Shown here in pieces: positions 18,732 to 27,962 of a DNA stretch of 64,000 nt (position 1 is the first letter of the stretch; each line of letters starts with the position of its first letter). This DNA comes from Chitinophagales bacterium (GTDB lineage Bacteria; Bacteroidota; Bacteroidia; Chitinophagales; BACL12). The position numbers and the translations under genes were made by a program. The DNA lies in NCBI GenBank assembly GCA_044227505.1, contig JBGAWP010000001.1:26731-90730 (forward strand), given 5' to 3'. The notes under the pieces were generated by a model. The model made no database searches, was not told the origin of the DNA, and was given only the letters and a program-made list of their open reading frames with translations.

Positions 18732-19601
18732 ATGAAAGCGAATTTGCACAAACGATTGCTTCATTATGCCGCAGCTGTTCCAACTATACTCAGTTTGCAG
18801 CCCTTAGGAGGCCAGATCGTTGTGCACAATCCCGAACCAAATATTATTGGAGGTCTTAATACACCTGTTAGTCTTGATTTTAACGATGATGGTGATAGTG
18901 AAATGAATTTTGAAATTTCGGAAATGCATCATTCCGGAAGCGACTCTTATGGCGGTACCTATCATTATACTACGCGTAAGATAATTGTGAATCCGGAAAC
19001 CGGAGCGTTGATAGGTGATGGATATCCAAATGACATTATTCATTATGATGTGGAGCCAACAATGCTAGGATATGATGAAATTATTTCCTCCGATGCCAGT
19101 TGGTATCGTCAGGATTATCAAATTTTATGTTCACTGGGTATTTCTGATTATGGAAATATATTTGCTGCAAAAGGAAATTGGTTAGATAAAAATGATACTG
19201 CATACCTTGGTGTAAAATTGACCTTAAATGGAAATTTACATTATGGTTGGGTCAGGTTGAATGTAAATTATGATGAACCATCCTATACCATTCTCAGTTA
19301 CGCACATAATGCTATTCCAGGTGCATATATTCGAGCCGGACAAATAGATCAACATACCTTTGATTTACAGGCTATGCAAACAGGGGAAAATATTTTGATC
19401 AGCCCTCCCGAATTTTTTATTGGTAAACCGTTAAACTTGCAAGTGCATGATCTGAGTGGTCATACCTATTTAAACGAACAGATAATGGGTGAAGAGATCA
19501 ACTATTTAAATATGCTTGATAAATTATCGGGTATTTATATCATAACACTTTTTGATGAAAATATTTCAAGAAGTATTAAGGTGGTTTATATTCGTGGATA
19601 G
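18732..19601 (+). CDS. Hypothetical secreted protein, probable T9SS C-terminal domain
   Basis: The N-terminal hydrophobic segment is LLHYAAAVPTILSL. The C-terminal approximately 70 aa (LNLQVHDLSGHTYL...SGIYIITLFDENISRSIKVVYI) has the strand pattern of a T9SS CTD. Confidence 0.5.
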   Translation: MKANLHKRLLHYAAAVPTILSLQPLGGQIVVHNPEPNIIGGLNTPVSLDFNDDGDSEMNFEISEMHHSGSDSYGGTYHYTTRKIIVNPETGALIGDGYPNDIIHYDVEPTMLGYDEIISSDASWYRQDYQILCSLGISDYGNIFAAKGNWLDKNDTAYLGVKLTLNGNLHYGWVRLNVNYDEPSYTILSYAHNAIPGAYIRAGQIDQHTFDLQAMQTGENILISPPEFFIGKPLNLQVHDLSGHTYLNEQIMGEEINYLNMLDKLSGIYIITLFDENISRSIKVVYIRG

Positions 19602-19730
19602 TTGTCGCTCAGTAAAAAAAATAATTCAACTTATCCGTTCCGATTTACTCGTCTCCAATATCTAAAAAATCCCTAATGCACTTTTCTTTTTGAAAATCCC
19701 GCACTAATTTTATATTCAAAATTTACCATT

Positions 19731-20189
19731 ATGAAAAAGTTAAATTTAGAAATTAAAATAAACGCCTCTCCCGAAAAAGTTTGGGATGCTATTGTAAATG
19801 TCTCAAAGTATCGAATATGGACTGCTGCTTTTAACGAAGGATCTTTTTTTGAAGGAGGCTGGAATAAAGGAGATACGATCAGATTTATTGGTCTTAATGA
19901 AGCAGGTGAAAAAGAAGGAATGATCTCTGAGATTGCAGAAAGTAATTACCCCGAATTTATTTCTATTCGTCACCTGGGTTATATTATTAAAGGTGTTGAA
20001 GATACAACGAGCGATGCGGTTAAAAAATGGGCTCCTTCTTATGAAAATTATACCTTGGTTAAAATAGATGATAATCAAACGGAGTTTAAACTTAATATGG
20101 ATGTAGCAGACGAATGGTATGATATGTTTATCGACATGTGGCCGAAAGCAATGGCGAAATTGAAGGAAGTGGCGGAAGCGAATAGCTGA
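19731..20189 (+). CDS. SRPBCC (AHSA1/START-like) domain protein
   Basis: The N-terminus LEIKINASPEKVWDAIVN and a length of 152 aa are typical of the Aha1-like SRPBCC family. Confidence 0.7.
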   Translation: MKKLNLEIKINASPEKVWDAIVNVSKYRIWTAAFNEGSFFEGGWNKGDTIRFIGLNEAGEKEGMISEIAESNYPEFISIRHLGYIIKGVEDTTSDAVKKWAPSYENYTLVKIDDNQTEFKLNMDVADEWYDMFIDMWPKAMAKLKEVAEANS

Positions 20190-20242
20190 TAAGTAAGAAG
20201 GTGCCACCATAAAAAATTAAGAAATAATAGAACGGCGTTTCA

Positions 20243-20662
20243 ATGACCCAAATCACAATCGGTACTATAACATTAAATGTTGATTTACAGGCAACTAAAC
20301 AATACTACAGCGATAAACCAACTTTTCTATGCACCTGTATCGACTGTCAAAATTATCTGAGGCAAATTCAAAATATTATAAAGGCATTTGATGGACTTGA
20401 CCAGAAGTTAGGAATTGATCTGACAAGAGATGTTGGCATTGGAAGTGATGAGTTAATGCCTCATGATTATGATGATCATTTATTATATGTTATCCCTTAC
20501 TATGTAATAGGAAGTTTAATATCACCATCAGGAAATTCTTATGAAGTAAATGATTGGATTAGGTTTCAAATAAGAGATACCAATTACAATAAAACAATGC
20601 AAATCAAAGAGGATGCGTTTTGTATTTGGCTGGAAATACGACTTCCACCTCATGAACTTTAG
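20243..20662 (+). CDS. Hypothetical protein (139 aa)
   Basis: It is a clean ATG ORF with no recognised motif. Confidence 0.45.
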   Translation: MTQITIGTITLNVDLQATKQYYSDKPTFLCTCIDCQNYLRQIQNIIKAFDGLDQKLGIDLTRDVGIGSDELMPHDYDDHLLYVIPYYVIGSLISPSGNSYEVNDWIRFQIRDTNYNKTMQIKEDAFCIWLEIRLPPHEL

Positions 20663-20689
20663 CGTACCTTTAACCCAAAATTCCCCCAA

Positions 20690-21208
20690 ATGAAACTGCG
20701 TACAACCTACTTATTTCTCCTTTTTTCTCTGGTTTCCAATTTACTCCATTCTCAGGAAACCAATTTAGATACCATAGCACCCCGACCCCTGAATAGTTTT
20801 AATATAAATCTGGGTGATGCTTCGGGAATATCACTTAACTATGAAAGATTATTCAAAATTGGACAGAATTTTTTACTTGCTGGTAGAATCGGTTTGGGAT
20901 ATAATGAGGAATTTAAAACTGGATGTACTAGTAATAGTTGTCAATCAAAATATCTGACAGTTCCCGCAAGCATAACGATGAATTTTGGGGAAAAAAGGAA
21001 TTTTTTCGAAGTGGGAATGGGTGGTACCAAACTCTATGGAGATTTAGAAAAAGATTATTGGTTATATCCTCTACTTGGGTACAGATTCCAGCCGTTAATA
21101 GGAGGAAAATTTAATTTTAGAATATATTTCTGTGTTCCATTAGGCGGGTATCTCGTTAAAGATATCTTTTTTAACCCTAGTGGTTTAAGTACGGGAGTGT
21201 TGTTTTAA
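20690..21208 (+). CDS. Hypothetical small outer-membrane beta-barrel-like protein
   Basis: It has a signal peptide (MKLRTTYLFLLFSLVSNLLHSQ) and alternating hydrophobic strands rich in G and Y. Confidence 0.4.
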   Translation: MKLRTTYLFLLFSLVSNLLHSQETNLDTIAPRPLNSFNINLGDASGISLNYERLFKIGQNFLLAGRIGLGYNEEFKTGCTSNSCQSKYLTVPASITMNFGEKRNFFEVGMGGTKLYGDLEKDYWLYPLLGYRFQPLIGGKFNFRIYFCVPLGGYLVKDIFFNPSGLSTGVLF

Positions 21209-21269
21209 ATTTATAGTCAAAACGAGGGTCAACGACAAGAAAACAGTGAAATTTGATAGCTTCCAAAAA

Positions 21270-22034
21270 TCACTTTCCCACCTCATTCAACCTCCAATCA
21301 TACTCCATAAACTCAATCTTTGTCTCTTCACCTATTTTTACTTTTGAATATGTATTTATAAACTCTTTCAAACTTCCGTTTTTAGTAAAATCGCCTGTGA
21401 ACCAGTTGAAAATAGAGCTTACCTGTACGCTGTCGGTGGTGATTTTATTTCGGGTGGGATCGTTGATGAAATCTGTTGCCTGTTGCTGGAGTTGTTTCTC
21501 TAATTTATTTGCGGTGTAGGCTTCATTTAATAATTTGGGACAACTATAACTTGCGCAATTAACGGCGAAATGAATTCTAGGTTCATTCATTTTTCGGAGG
21601 ATATTGTGTTCAATGTTGTTGAGGTCCAGGATCTGCCCTTCAATATTTATAAATTTAATATCCCACACAGAATTAATAAATGCAACTCCGGATTGAATGT
21701 CTTTAATGCTTGCAAGCGGATAATTTCGAATAATTAATTGAATGGTGTATGCATTATAGGCATTGATCCAATAAGCTAAAATTTCTTCCCGGCTCCAGGT
21801 TTTTTCATTGGGGTAATTTGTTTCTATTAATTGCAGGTAAGAATTTAGTTTCAGACTATCAGCAATAAATTTTTCATAATTTACAAATCCCGCTTCATTC
21901 ACATTGTTCTTGAGGAGACCATTAAAAATATCATGACTTATAGGTTTGGAATCGGTTTGAATGCCTGAGATCGTTTTGCAGGAAACCACAACAGTTATAA
22001 GAAAAAGTATAAAAAGACCAGATAATAAGCGCAT
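21270..22034 (-). CDS. DUF547 domain-containing protein
   Basis: Motifs AYWINAYNAYTIQLII, LDLNNIEHNILR and EPRIHFAVNCASYSCPKL match the DUF547 signature. Confidence 0.8.
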   Translation of the reverse strand: MRLLSGLFILFLITVVVSCKTISGIQTDSKPISHDIFNGLLKNNVNEAGFVNYEKFIADSLKLNSYLQLIETNYPNEKTWSREEILAYWINAYNAYTIQLIIRNYPLASIKDIQSGVAFINSVWDIKFINIEGQILDLNNIEHNILRKMNEPRIHFAVNCASYSCPKLLNEAYTANKLEKQLQQQATDFINDPTRNKITTDSVQVSSIFNWFTGDFTKNGSLKEFINTYSKVKIGEETKIEFMEYDWRLNEVGK

Positions 22035-22087
22035 TGAAATATGTTTTGATCTCTAAAGATACGAATAGAAGTCCATAACGGATTTAA

Positions 22088-22115
22088 ACAAAAAAGCACA
22101 GCTTCTATGCTGTGC
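22088..22115 (-). terminator. Rho-independent terminator after the metalloprotease gene
   Basis: GCACAGC (22096-22102) pairs with GCTGTGC (22109-22115) around a 6-nt loop. On the minus strand it is followed by a T-run, seen as A6 at 22090-22095 on the + strand. Confidence 0.6.
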
Positions 22116-22134
22116 CTTTTGTTAGGAGTTGAAA

Positions 22135-24600
22135 TTAATTTTTAATGATCTCTTTAATAACGGTTTGGCCGCTTGAAAGTGTTGCTTTTATAAAATACAA
22201 TCCTGGAGCAACATTGGTAATATCTAAATTTATTACACCTTGATCCTCTGCAATGGAATTATCAATTATTTTATTACCGGTGATATCAAAAACTTCAATA
22301 TTTAATCCGCCGTTTAGCGCATTGATATATTCCAGTTGATAGATACCATCAGAAGGGTTAGGATAAATATTCAGAGAAAAATTATTTTCTTCTTCAAAAA
22401 TTAATCCCGGTAAAATATTTATGGTATAATCTTCCACCTCGCCATTAGTAAAGGTTTCGCAGGAAGTTGGATATCCACCATATTTACTGCTGATGCGCAT
22501 GCGTGTTAAACCTGTGGTTGCAGTTAACGGAATTTTTACATTTTTATTAAATATGGAGGAAGAGGTTGCTACTTTTTGAAATATTTGTTCACCCGCATCT
22601 GTAAAATCTCCATCGCGATTGTAATCGATCCATCCTTTCCAATACATCTGATAAATAGTTCCGGAAAAACCTGCGCTATATTTTAACGGATAAGTTCCAC
22701 CTTTAGAAACATTGGTGGAAAGTGCTGTTCCATTATAATATCCTCCATCACTTCCTGAGGTTCGTGTTATTGCTCCGATATTAATATAATCGATATGTCT
22801 TGATGCACTTGATGTTCCTGCACTCGCGCAATAAGTAAGGCCTGCAGGTGTAAAGGAAGCAGTATAATCTTCCACTTCGCCATAATCAAATGTTTCGCAG
22901 GAAGTGGCAAGTGCATTATATTTCATAGTAATGCGCATACGCGTTGTTCCTGTTAATCCAGCAGGAACAGAAAAACTTCCGCTCACTGCTGCAGTAACTG
23001 CACCGGAATTAAATACATTTTCTCCTGCATCAGTAAAATCAAGATCTTTATTGTGATCTACCCAAATAGAAAAATATTCGGGATAAGTTGCTCCTGAAAA
23101 TCCTGGAGATAAAGTAAAGGATGCTGTTCCTCCGGAAGTTAAATTAATGGTTGTTGCAGTAAAATCTTCGTACCCACCATTATTTCCTGAATTATTATTT
23201 GTGCCTGCAATATTTATTGTTTGTATCCATTCATCGGCAGTGGATAATCCTAAGGATGCACAATATGTTGGTGCAACTCCGCAAGAAGTAACACAACCTG
23301 CAGCAGAAATAGTATTTCTTATCGCATTTCCAGGTTGTACTCCGAATCCATTATTAAAATTAATTCCATAACCTGTGAGGTGACAATAACTCATGATAGT
23401 TCCGCCGTCAACGGGAGGAGGACCAGGTGCGCAACCACCTTCCGTTGTATAACAATTATCCAAAGCACCACCAACCCATGCTCCGCAATTTTGTGTATGA
23501 TAACTTCCGAATAAATGTCCCATTTCATGTGTAACAACCATTACTGTCCAACTATAGGTAGGAAAATCGGAATAACTTGCATCAATATCGCTGTAACAAT
23601 ATTTATAAGGGTTGCATAATCCGTTTATTGTTGCTGCAACTCCACCTAATCCACCCGGATCCAATGCCAATAAGTGTGCAATATTTCCATTAAATGTTGT
23701 GCGATATGCCATAAAATCATCTAATGCACTAAAGGATGATGCAGCAGAATATCCGTCACTACTTGTCCATACAAAAATTTCGGAAATTTGTGTAGGAACA
23801 CTTTCGTTGGTATAAATTACTGCCGAATTATTATAAATTCCGGTGATATAATTTGCAGTATTTGTTACGGAACCTTTATTTTGATATAACTGATAATCTG
23901 CTTCGAAATATATTTTCGGGCAAGCGGAAATTCTGGAACTACCTTCAATTTCCATGATCTCATGAAACTGATCGAGATAAGATTCATCTTCAATAGTTGC
24001 GCATCCCGCATTATTATTTTCCACTAAAATATCGCGGTCGGAAAAGATGAGATAATCATTTAATTCCCCTTTTTTATATCTCCCGATATTAATATTTCCA
24101 TCTGCAGTGGTGGAGATAATACCCATAATTTCATTTTCGAAAATACTTATTGCAACTATGGAATTGGGATCATCTTTTACAATTCCCTGATAATAAACAC
24201 CAGGCTCATAGTTTATAGCCTCTTCATTGGAAATATCGGTGCTGATCTTAAATTCATCAGCAAAAATATTAACCTCTATTAGTTCAAGGGAAAGGATATT
24301 GTTTTTGAACGGAATATTTAGCTCCAGTGCTGCATTTTTTGTTTTGTGTAAATTGTTAATTTGCATAAGATCTAAATGCGCATAGGTAATATTATTTGCG
24401 AATGCATCTGTATTTATTTTATATGCAGCAGATGCATTTAATACAAATGGTGCTGCCTCTTTAAATTGAATATTCGTGGTTTTAGAATCTGTTATCATTT
24501 TGGCTAATGGTTTTAAAGCCTTTGTTTGCCCAAATGATGTGTTGCATAAAATACATACGAGTATTAATGCTAAAAATGTAAGAGTAAATAATTTTCTCAT
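22135..24600 (-). CDS. Secreted zinc metalloprotease (reprolysin/M12B-like) with two GEVED domains and a T9SS type A CTD
   Basis: The zinc motif is HEMGHLFGSYH. GEVEDYT occurs twice (YGEVEDYTASF, NGEVEDYTINI). It has a signal peptide. The C-terminal tail is LNIYPNPSDGIYQLEY...PGLYFIKATLSSGQTVIKEIIKN. Confidence 0.85.
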   Translation of the reverse strand: MRKLFTLTFLALILVCILCNTSFGQTKALKPLAKMITDSKTTNIQFKEAAPFVLNASAAYKINTDAFANNITYAHLDLMQINNLHKTKNAALELNIPFKNNILSLELIEVNIFADEFKISTDISNEEAINYEPGVYYQGIVKDDPNSIVAISIFENEIMGIISTTADGNINIGRYKKGELNDYLIFSDRDILVENNNAGCATIEDESYLDQFHEIMEIEGSSRISACPKIYFEADYQLYQNKGSVTNTANYITGIYNNSAVIYTNESVPTQISEIFVWTSSDGYSAASSFSALDDFMAYRTTFNGNIAHLLALDPGGLGGVAATINGLCNPYKYCYSDIDASYSDFPTYSWTVMVVTHEMGHLFGSYHTQNCGAWVGGALDNCYTTEGGCAPGPPPVDGGTIMSYCHLTGYGINFNNGFGVQPGNAIRNTISAAGCVTSCGVAPTYCASLGLSTADEWIQTINIAGTNNNSGNNGGYEDFTATTINLTSGGTASFTLSPGFSGATYPEYFSIWVDHNKDLDFTDAGENVFNSGAVTAAVSGSFSVPAGLTGTTRMRITMKYNALATSCETFDYGEVEDYTASFTPAGLTYCASAGTSSASRHIDYINIGAITRTSGSDGGYYNGTALSTNVSKGGTYPLKYSAGFSGTIYQMYWKGWIDYNRDGDFTDAGEQIFQKVATSSSIFNKNVKIPLTATTGLTRMRISSKYGGYPTSCETFTNGEVEDYTINILPGLIFEEENNFSLNIYPNPSDGIYQLEYINALNGGLNIEVFDITGNKIIDNSIAEDQGVINLDITNVAPGLYFIKATLSSGQTVIKEIIKN

Positions 24601-25050
24601 AGCAGAACTTTTTAGGGTTAAAAAATCGTGTATGTCTGCTTAAGGAAGGGAACCTAAAGGTGAATTTAATTTTTGAATTTTGCAAATAAAAAGTGTAAGT
24701 GAACGGTATAAGGTGATGGATGGAGGAGGAAAGGATTGTTTTGCAAGAGTTTAATGAGCTTTATAGCCGGGAAGACGGAAAGGGCGGGAAGGATACGGGA
24801 AGAAGTTGAAGTAGTGTGTAAGTTTAATTTACTCCATGATGTTTTTAAGATTAAATAGGAAAATATTATTTAAGTTTTGCGATAATTTAAGTCCAGCTCC
24901 ATGTGTCTTTTTTTGCCACGAAGACACCAAGGGCACGAAGATCACACGAAGAAATTTATGTAGGCTGAAAGTTTATTCTTACACCATAAAACTTTATAGT
25001 TTGAATTGGAATTAATAAAGTTGTACAATTCGATCTACAATAAAAATTAT

Positions 25051-25199
25051 CCTTCGAATCCACAGAGATTCCCTTCGGGTAACACTGCGGGGACACTTGG
25101 GATGCAGAACTCAGAACCCAGAACTCAGAACTCATCCTCCGAATCTACAGCGTTTCTTTATCCTACTTCCTATTTCCTACTTCCTATTTCCCATTCCCC
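25051..25199. repeat. Composite intergenic repeat: CGAATCCACAGAG hairpin module plus GAACTCA and CCTACTT/CCTATTT heptamer arrays
   Basis: CCTTCGAATCCACAGAGATTCCCTTCGGGTAACACTGCGGGGACACTTGGG lies at 25051-25101. Four GAACTCA/GAACCCA heptamers lie at 25107-25134. CCTACTT/CCTATTT units lie at 25162-25199. Confidence 0.9.
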
Positions 25200-26333
25200 C
25201 TAATCAATCCCCTGTGTCATTTTACGCACAATTTTTAGTTCACTGAAAAACTCCTTAGCAATAATCCGGAAGAATGCATACACCGGCATAGCGGCGATCA
25301 TTCCGGGAACTCCAGCGAGGGAACCAAATACTAAAACCACAAAAAACACTTCTAATGGATGTGCTTTAATTGAATTGGAATAAATAATGGGTTGCGAAAT
25401 AAAATTATCGATGAGTTGTACTCCCTGGAAGAGAATAAATAATTGAATCAGCATTGGAGTGATATCAAAATTGGGATCCACACTTAAATTCGTGGTAATG
25501 CCGATGAACATACCGAATAACATTCCGATAATTGGTCCGATATAGGGAATGATATTGATGATACCCGCAAATAAAGCGATGAGCCAGCTGTTTGGCCCGA
25601 AACCGAGTGCCAGTAAGCCTCCTGCAATTAAAATAAATACAATAAGCGATTGAATGATCAACCCCACAAAATATCGTGTGAGATATTTTTTACTCGATTG
25701 TAAAATGCGTTTTGCGTTGGGTTCAAATTTTGTAGGAGTGAGTATCATCACGATATTATAAAATAATTTTTCATCCCGCAAAAAGAAAAATGAAATAAAA
25801 GTGATGGAAAATAAAGCAACAATTATATTGCCGAGTCCGCCCAAAATATTATTAAAAATATGGGTGATGGATGTAACATTTATCCAGTTCTTTAAATTAT
25901 CATTAATGATCTGATCAACAGATTGTTGCGGTACATTGGGATCCTGAAAACGCACTACCAAAGAGTCGAGGGCTTCCATTTGTGCTTGTAATCCCATCGC
26001 AACTTGTTCAGTATTAATATTGCTGATATTATTTGTTTGTTCAACAACCAATGGTGTAAACATTTTAACTATTCCGAAAATAATTCCGAATAAAACAGAT
26101 ATGGTAATTAAAGAAGAAAGTGCATTAGGGATCTTAAATTTTCCAATCTTAAAATGTTCTAGAAAATCGCAAATGGGTTTTCCGATAATGGAAATAATTG
26201 CGGCGATGATAAAATAAAATAATATTGTTGTGATCTGCAAGATCAGCCAAACAACTCCAAATACTAAAGCAAGGGTGATGAGTATTAATAAAGTTGTTCG
26301 AATGATATTGTTGTTGGACCAAGGTGTGGGCAT
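25200..26333 (-). CDS. AI-2E family transporter (PerM-like permease)
   Basis: It is a multi-TM protein with GIINIIPYIGPIIG, typical of the family. I chose the ATG at 26333 (MPTPWSNNN...). The track start at 26414 is a TTG whose extra 27 codons are read out of the intergenic repeat. Confidence 0.8.
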   Translation of the reverse strand: MPTPWSNNNIIRTTLLILITLALVFGVVWLILQITTILFYFIIAAIISIIGKPICDFLEHFKIGKFKIPNALSSLITISVLFGIIFGIVKMFTPLVVEQTNNISNINTEQVAMGLQAQMEALDSLVVRFQDPNVPQQSVDQIINDNLKNWINVTSITHIFNNILGGLGNIIVALFSITFISFFFLRDEKLFYNIVMILTPTKFEPNAKRILQSSKKYLTRYFVGLIIQSLIVFILIAGGLLALGFGPNSWLIALFAGIINIIPYIGPIIGMLFGMFIGITTNLSVDPNFDITPMLIQLFILFQGVQLIDNFISQPIIYSNSIKAHPLEVFFVVLVFGSLAGVPGMIAAMPVYAFFRIIAKEFFSELKIVRKMTQGID

Positions 26334-26490
26334 TGGATAAATTTTCGTGAAGATAAGTCTTTTGAAGATTCGAAGGGAGAGGAATCGAACCTGCTTGCTA
26401 ACAGTGTCGGGCAAGGGGAGAAGGGGAAGGGTCTAAGGGGGAGTAGGAAGGAATGGGTGGGGAAGGGTTGAAAAGTATTAATCTTATAAA

Positions 26491-26810
26491 AATATCGAAT
26501 AAAGAACAAGGAATAAAGAACATTGATCGGATCGACAGCCCGGGAGATATTGCTCCGCAGTGAATCGGGATTAATATCCAATAATAATCAAAAAATAAAA
26601 AATATTAATCGGACTGACAACCCTGAAGATTTTTCTCGGTAATAAATCCTTATAATATCGAATAAAGAACAAGGAATAAAGAACATTAAACGGATCGACA
26701 GCCCGGGAGATTTTCCTCCGCGGTGAACCAGGAGGAATATCAAATAATAATCAAAAAATAAAAAATATTAATCGGATCTACAACCCGGAGTTTATTCCTC
26801 CGAAGTGAAC
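26491..26810 (+). repeat. Tandem duplication of a 163-bp unit, each unit built from two related sub-elements of about 80 bp
   Basis: AATATCGAATAAAGAACAAGGAATAAAGAACATT starts at 26491 and again at 26654. Each unit contains two cores resembling ATTAATCGGATCGACANCCCGGAGATTTTCCTCCGNNGTGAAC. One core has an AATATCGAATAAAGAAC... leader and the other an AATAATAATCAAAAAATAAAAAAT leader. Confidence 0.9.
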
Positions 26811-26840
26811 TCAGAACCCGAACTACTCCATAAACTTTGA

Positions 26841-26935
26841 GCTCCGAATCCACAGAGTTCGCTGCGCGTAACACTGTGGGGAAACGCTTGGGGTTGGTGA
26901 ACTCAGAACCCTGAACTCAGAATTCAGAACAGAAC
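26841..26935. repeat. Second copy of the CGAATCCACAGAG hairpin module plus a GAACTCA heptamer array
   Basis: GCTCCGAATCCACAGAGTTCGCTGCGCGTAACACTGTGGGGAAACGCTTGGGG lies at 26841-26893. GAACTCAGAACCCTGAACTCAGAATTCAGAAC lies at 26899-26935. The module order matches 25051-25134. Confidence 0.9.
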
Positions 26936-26970
26936 ATAGTTCGAAATTAATGTTTCAAGAGAAAAAAATC

Positions 26971-27945
26971 CTAACAACATCCACCCCCATCAAAAAAAAA
27001 GGTAGAGCCGGAAATAAAAATATCATTTCTATTTAACGCGGCAAGATTACCTGCTGTTTTATCGCAAACGGCTAATGGTTGATTTGGAGTTAGAGTATGA
27101 CCTTTGTGGTCGTCGAAATATTCTGCATCACCAAAATATATTGCAGTTTTACCAGTGAATACACAAGGGCCATCAGTGGGCATTGGATCTTTAATGGCAC
27201 ACACTTCTGCACTTTCGATGTAAATTAATTCAGAAGTTTCGTAATGTAAAGGATCTAAAATTCTATAAGGCCTTCTTGCACGCACTTCTATTGTGCCAAA
27301 ACCAACATCGGTAATTCTATTTATATATTCCTGTAAAGGAAGTGAACCACTCAGACATAAAGCGCGTAATTTTTCATCATCTCGTAAATTTTCCGGAATA
27401 GTTTGTTCGCAGGTTGGATCGCTCATTACCAAACGACCGTGTTTTTTTAATATGCGATACATTTCTCCCAATGCTTTTTGCAGATCTTCTTCTCTGAAGA
27501 TATTAAATAGACAATTTTGAGCGGCAATATCAACTGAATTATCTTCCACAGGTAAATTAAATGCATCACCTTTGCGCAAATCAACAAATTCTCTTTTGAA
27601 CCAGGGATTTAATTTTTCTGCTTCCAATAAATTTTCGTGACAGGCTTCCAGCATTTCATCAACAACATCAACACCAATTACCCCACCTTTTTTACGGGAG
27701 AAATACGCGAATTGCAATAATTCCATTCCGCCGCCAACACCAACATACATTATAGTGGGTTCATTAACAAGATCTCTGGGATTAACTGTGCTCCCACAAC
27801 CATAATTCATCTGCAACATTTTTTGCGGAATTACCAGTCCCGGTAATTGCCAAATAGGAGTAGTGGTGCAACACAATCCTTCCTGCGGATTTTCTGCTGC
27901 TTCTTTGTAAACGTTTCTTGTTGTTTCTAAATAACCTGTCGACAT
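26971..27945 (-). CDS. arsM: ArsM-like SAM-dependent (arsenite) methyltransferase
   Basis: The N-terminal Cys pair is EGLCCTTTP. The SAM-binding motif is MYVGVGGGME. The C-terminus is GGGCC. It is the last gene of a tightly packed run with an ArsS-like radical SAM gene. Confidence 0.7.
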   Translation of the reverse strand: MSTGYLETTRNVYKEAAENPQEGLCCTTTPIWQLPGLVIPQKMLQMNYGCGSTVNPRDLVNEPTIMYVGVGGGMELLQFAYFSRKKGGVIGVDVVDEMLEACHENLLEAEKLNPWFKREFVDLRKGDAFNLPVEDNSVDIAAQNCLFNIFREEDLQKALGEMYRILKKHGRLVMSDPTCEQTIPENLRDDEKLRALCLSGSLPLQEYINRITDVGFGTIEVRARRPYRILDPLHYETSELIYIESAEVCAIKDPMPTDGPCVFTGKTAIYFGDAEYFDDHKGHTLTPNQPLAVCDKTAGNLAALNRNDIFISGSTFFFDGGGCC

Positions 27946-27962
27946 GTTTATTTATTTTGGTA

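Noticed and set aside
26364-26395. tRNA-like T-arm strings (GGAATCGAACC at about 26381, TTCGAATCC at 25054 and 26845)
   Set aside because: The flanking sequence does not fold into acceptor, D or anticodon arms. The strings are part of the recurring CGAATC repeat words.
26334-26414. N-terminal extensions proposed by the ORF track for the AI-2E transporter, ArsS, AlkD-like, NifU-like, PorP/SprF, EEP, the first T9SS protein and the small lipoprotein
   Set aside because: In most of these cases the track start is an upstream TTG and a downstream ATG begins a sensible signal peptide or conserved N-terminus. For the small lipoprotein the longer start would overlap rlmN. The extra codons lie in spacer or repeat sequence.
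26491-26810. Whether the regularly spaced repeats at 26.5 kb and 55.7-56.7 kb form a CRISPR array
   Set aside because: The units are degenerate and of several kinds, and the sequence between cores is itself repeated rather than unique spacers. No cas genes are present in the window.
25051-26935. Whether repeat-flanked genes (the AI-2E transporter and ORF 47783-48517) are mobile elements or integron-like cassettes
   Set aside because: No transposase, integrase, recombinase or attC-like site is visible in the window. The flanking modules recur in other spacers, so simple reuse of spacer modules is the more economical reading. I kept it as low-interest findings only.
26992-27000. An A9/T9 homopolymer in the last 30 nt of the ArsM-like gene as a possible phase-variation switch
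   Set aside because: Homopolymer runs of 8-10 A or T are common throughout coding regions of this AT-rich window, for example at 41361-41369 and 41554-41562. This one is therefore not distinctive.
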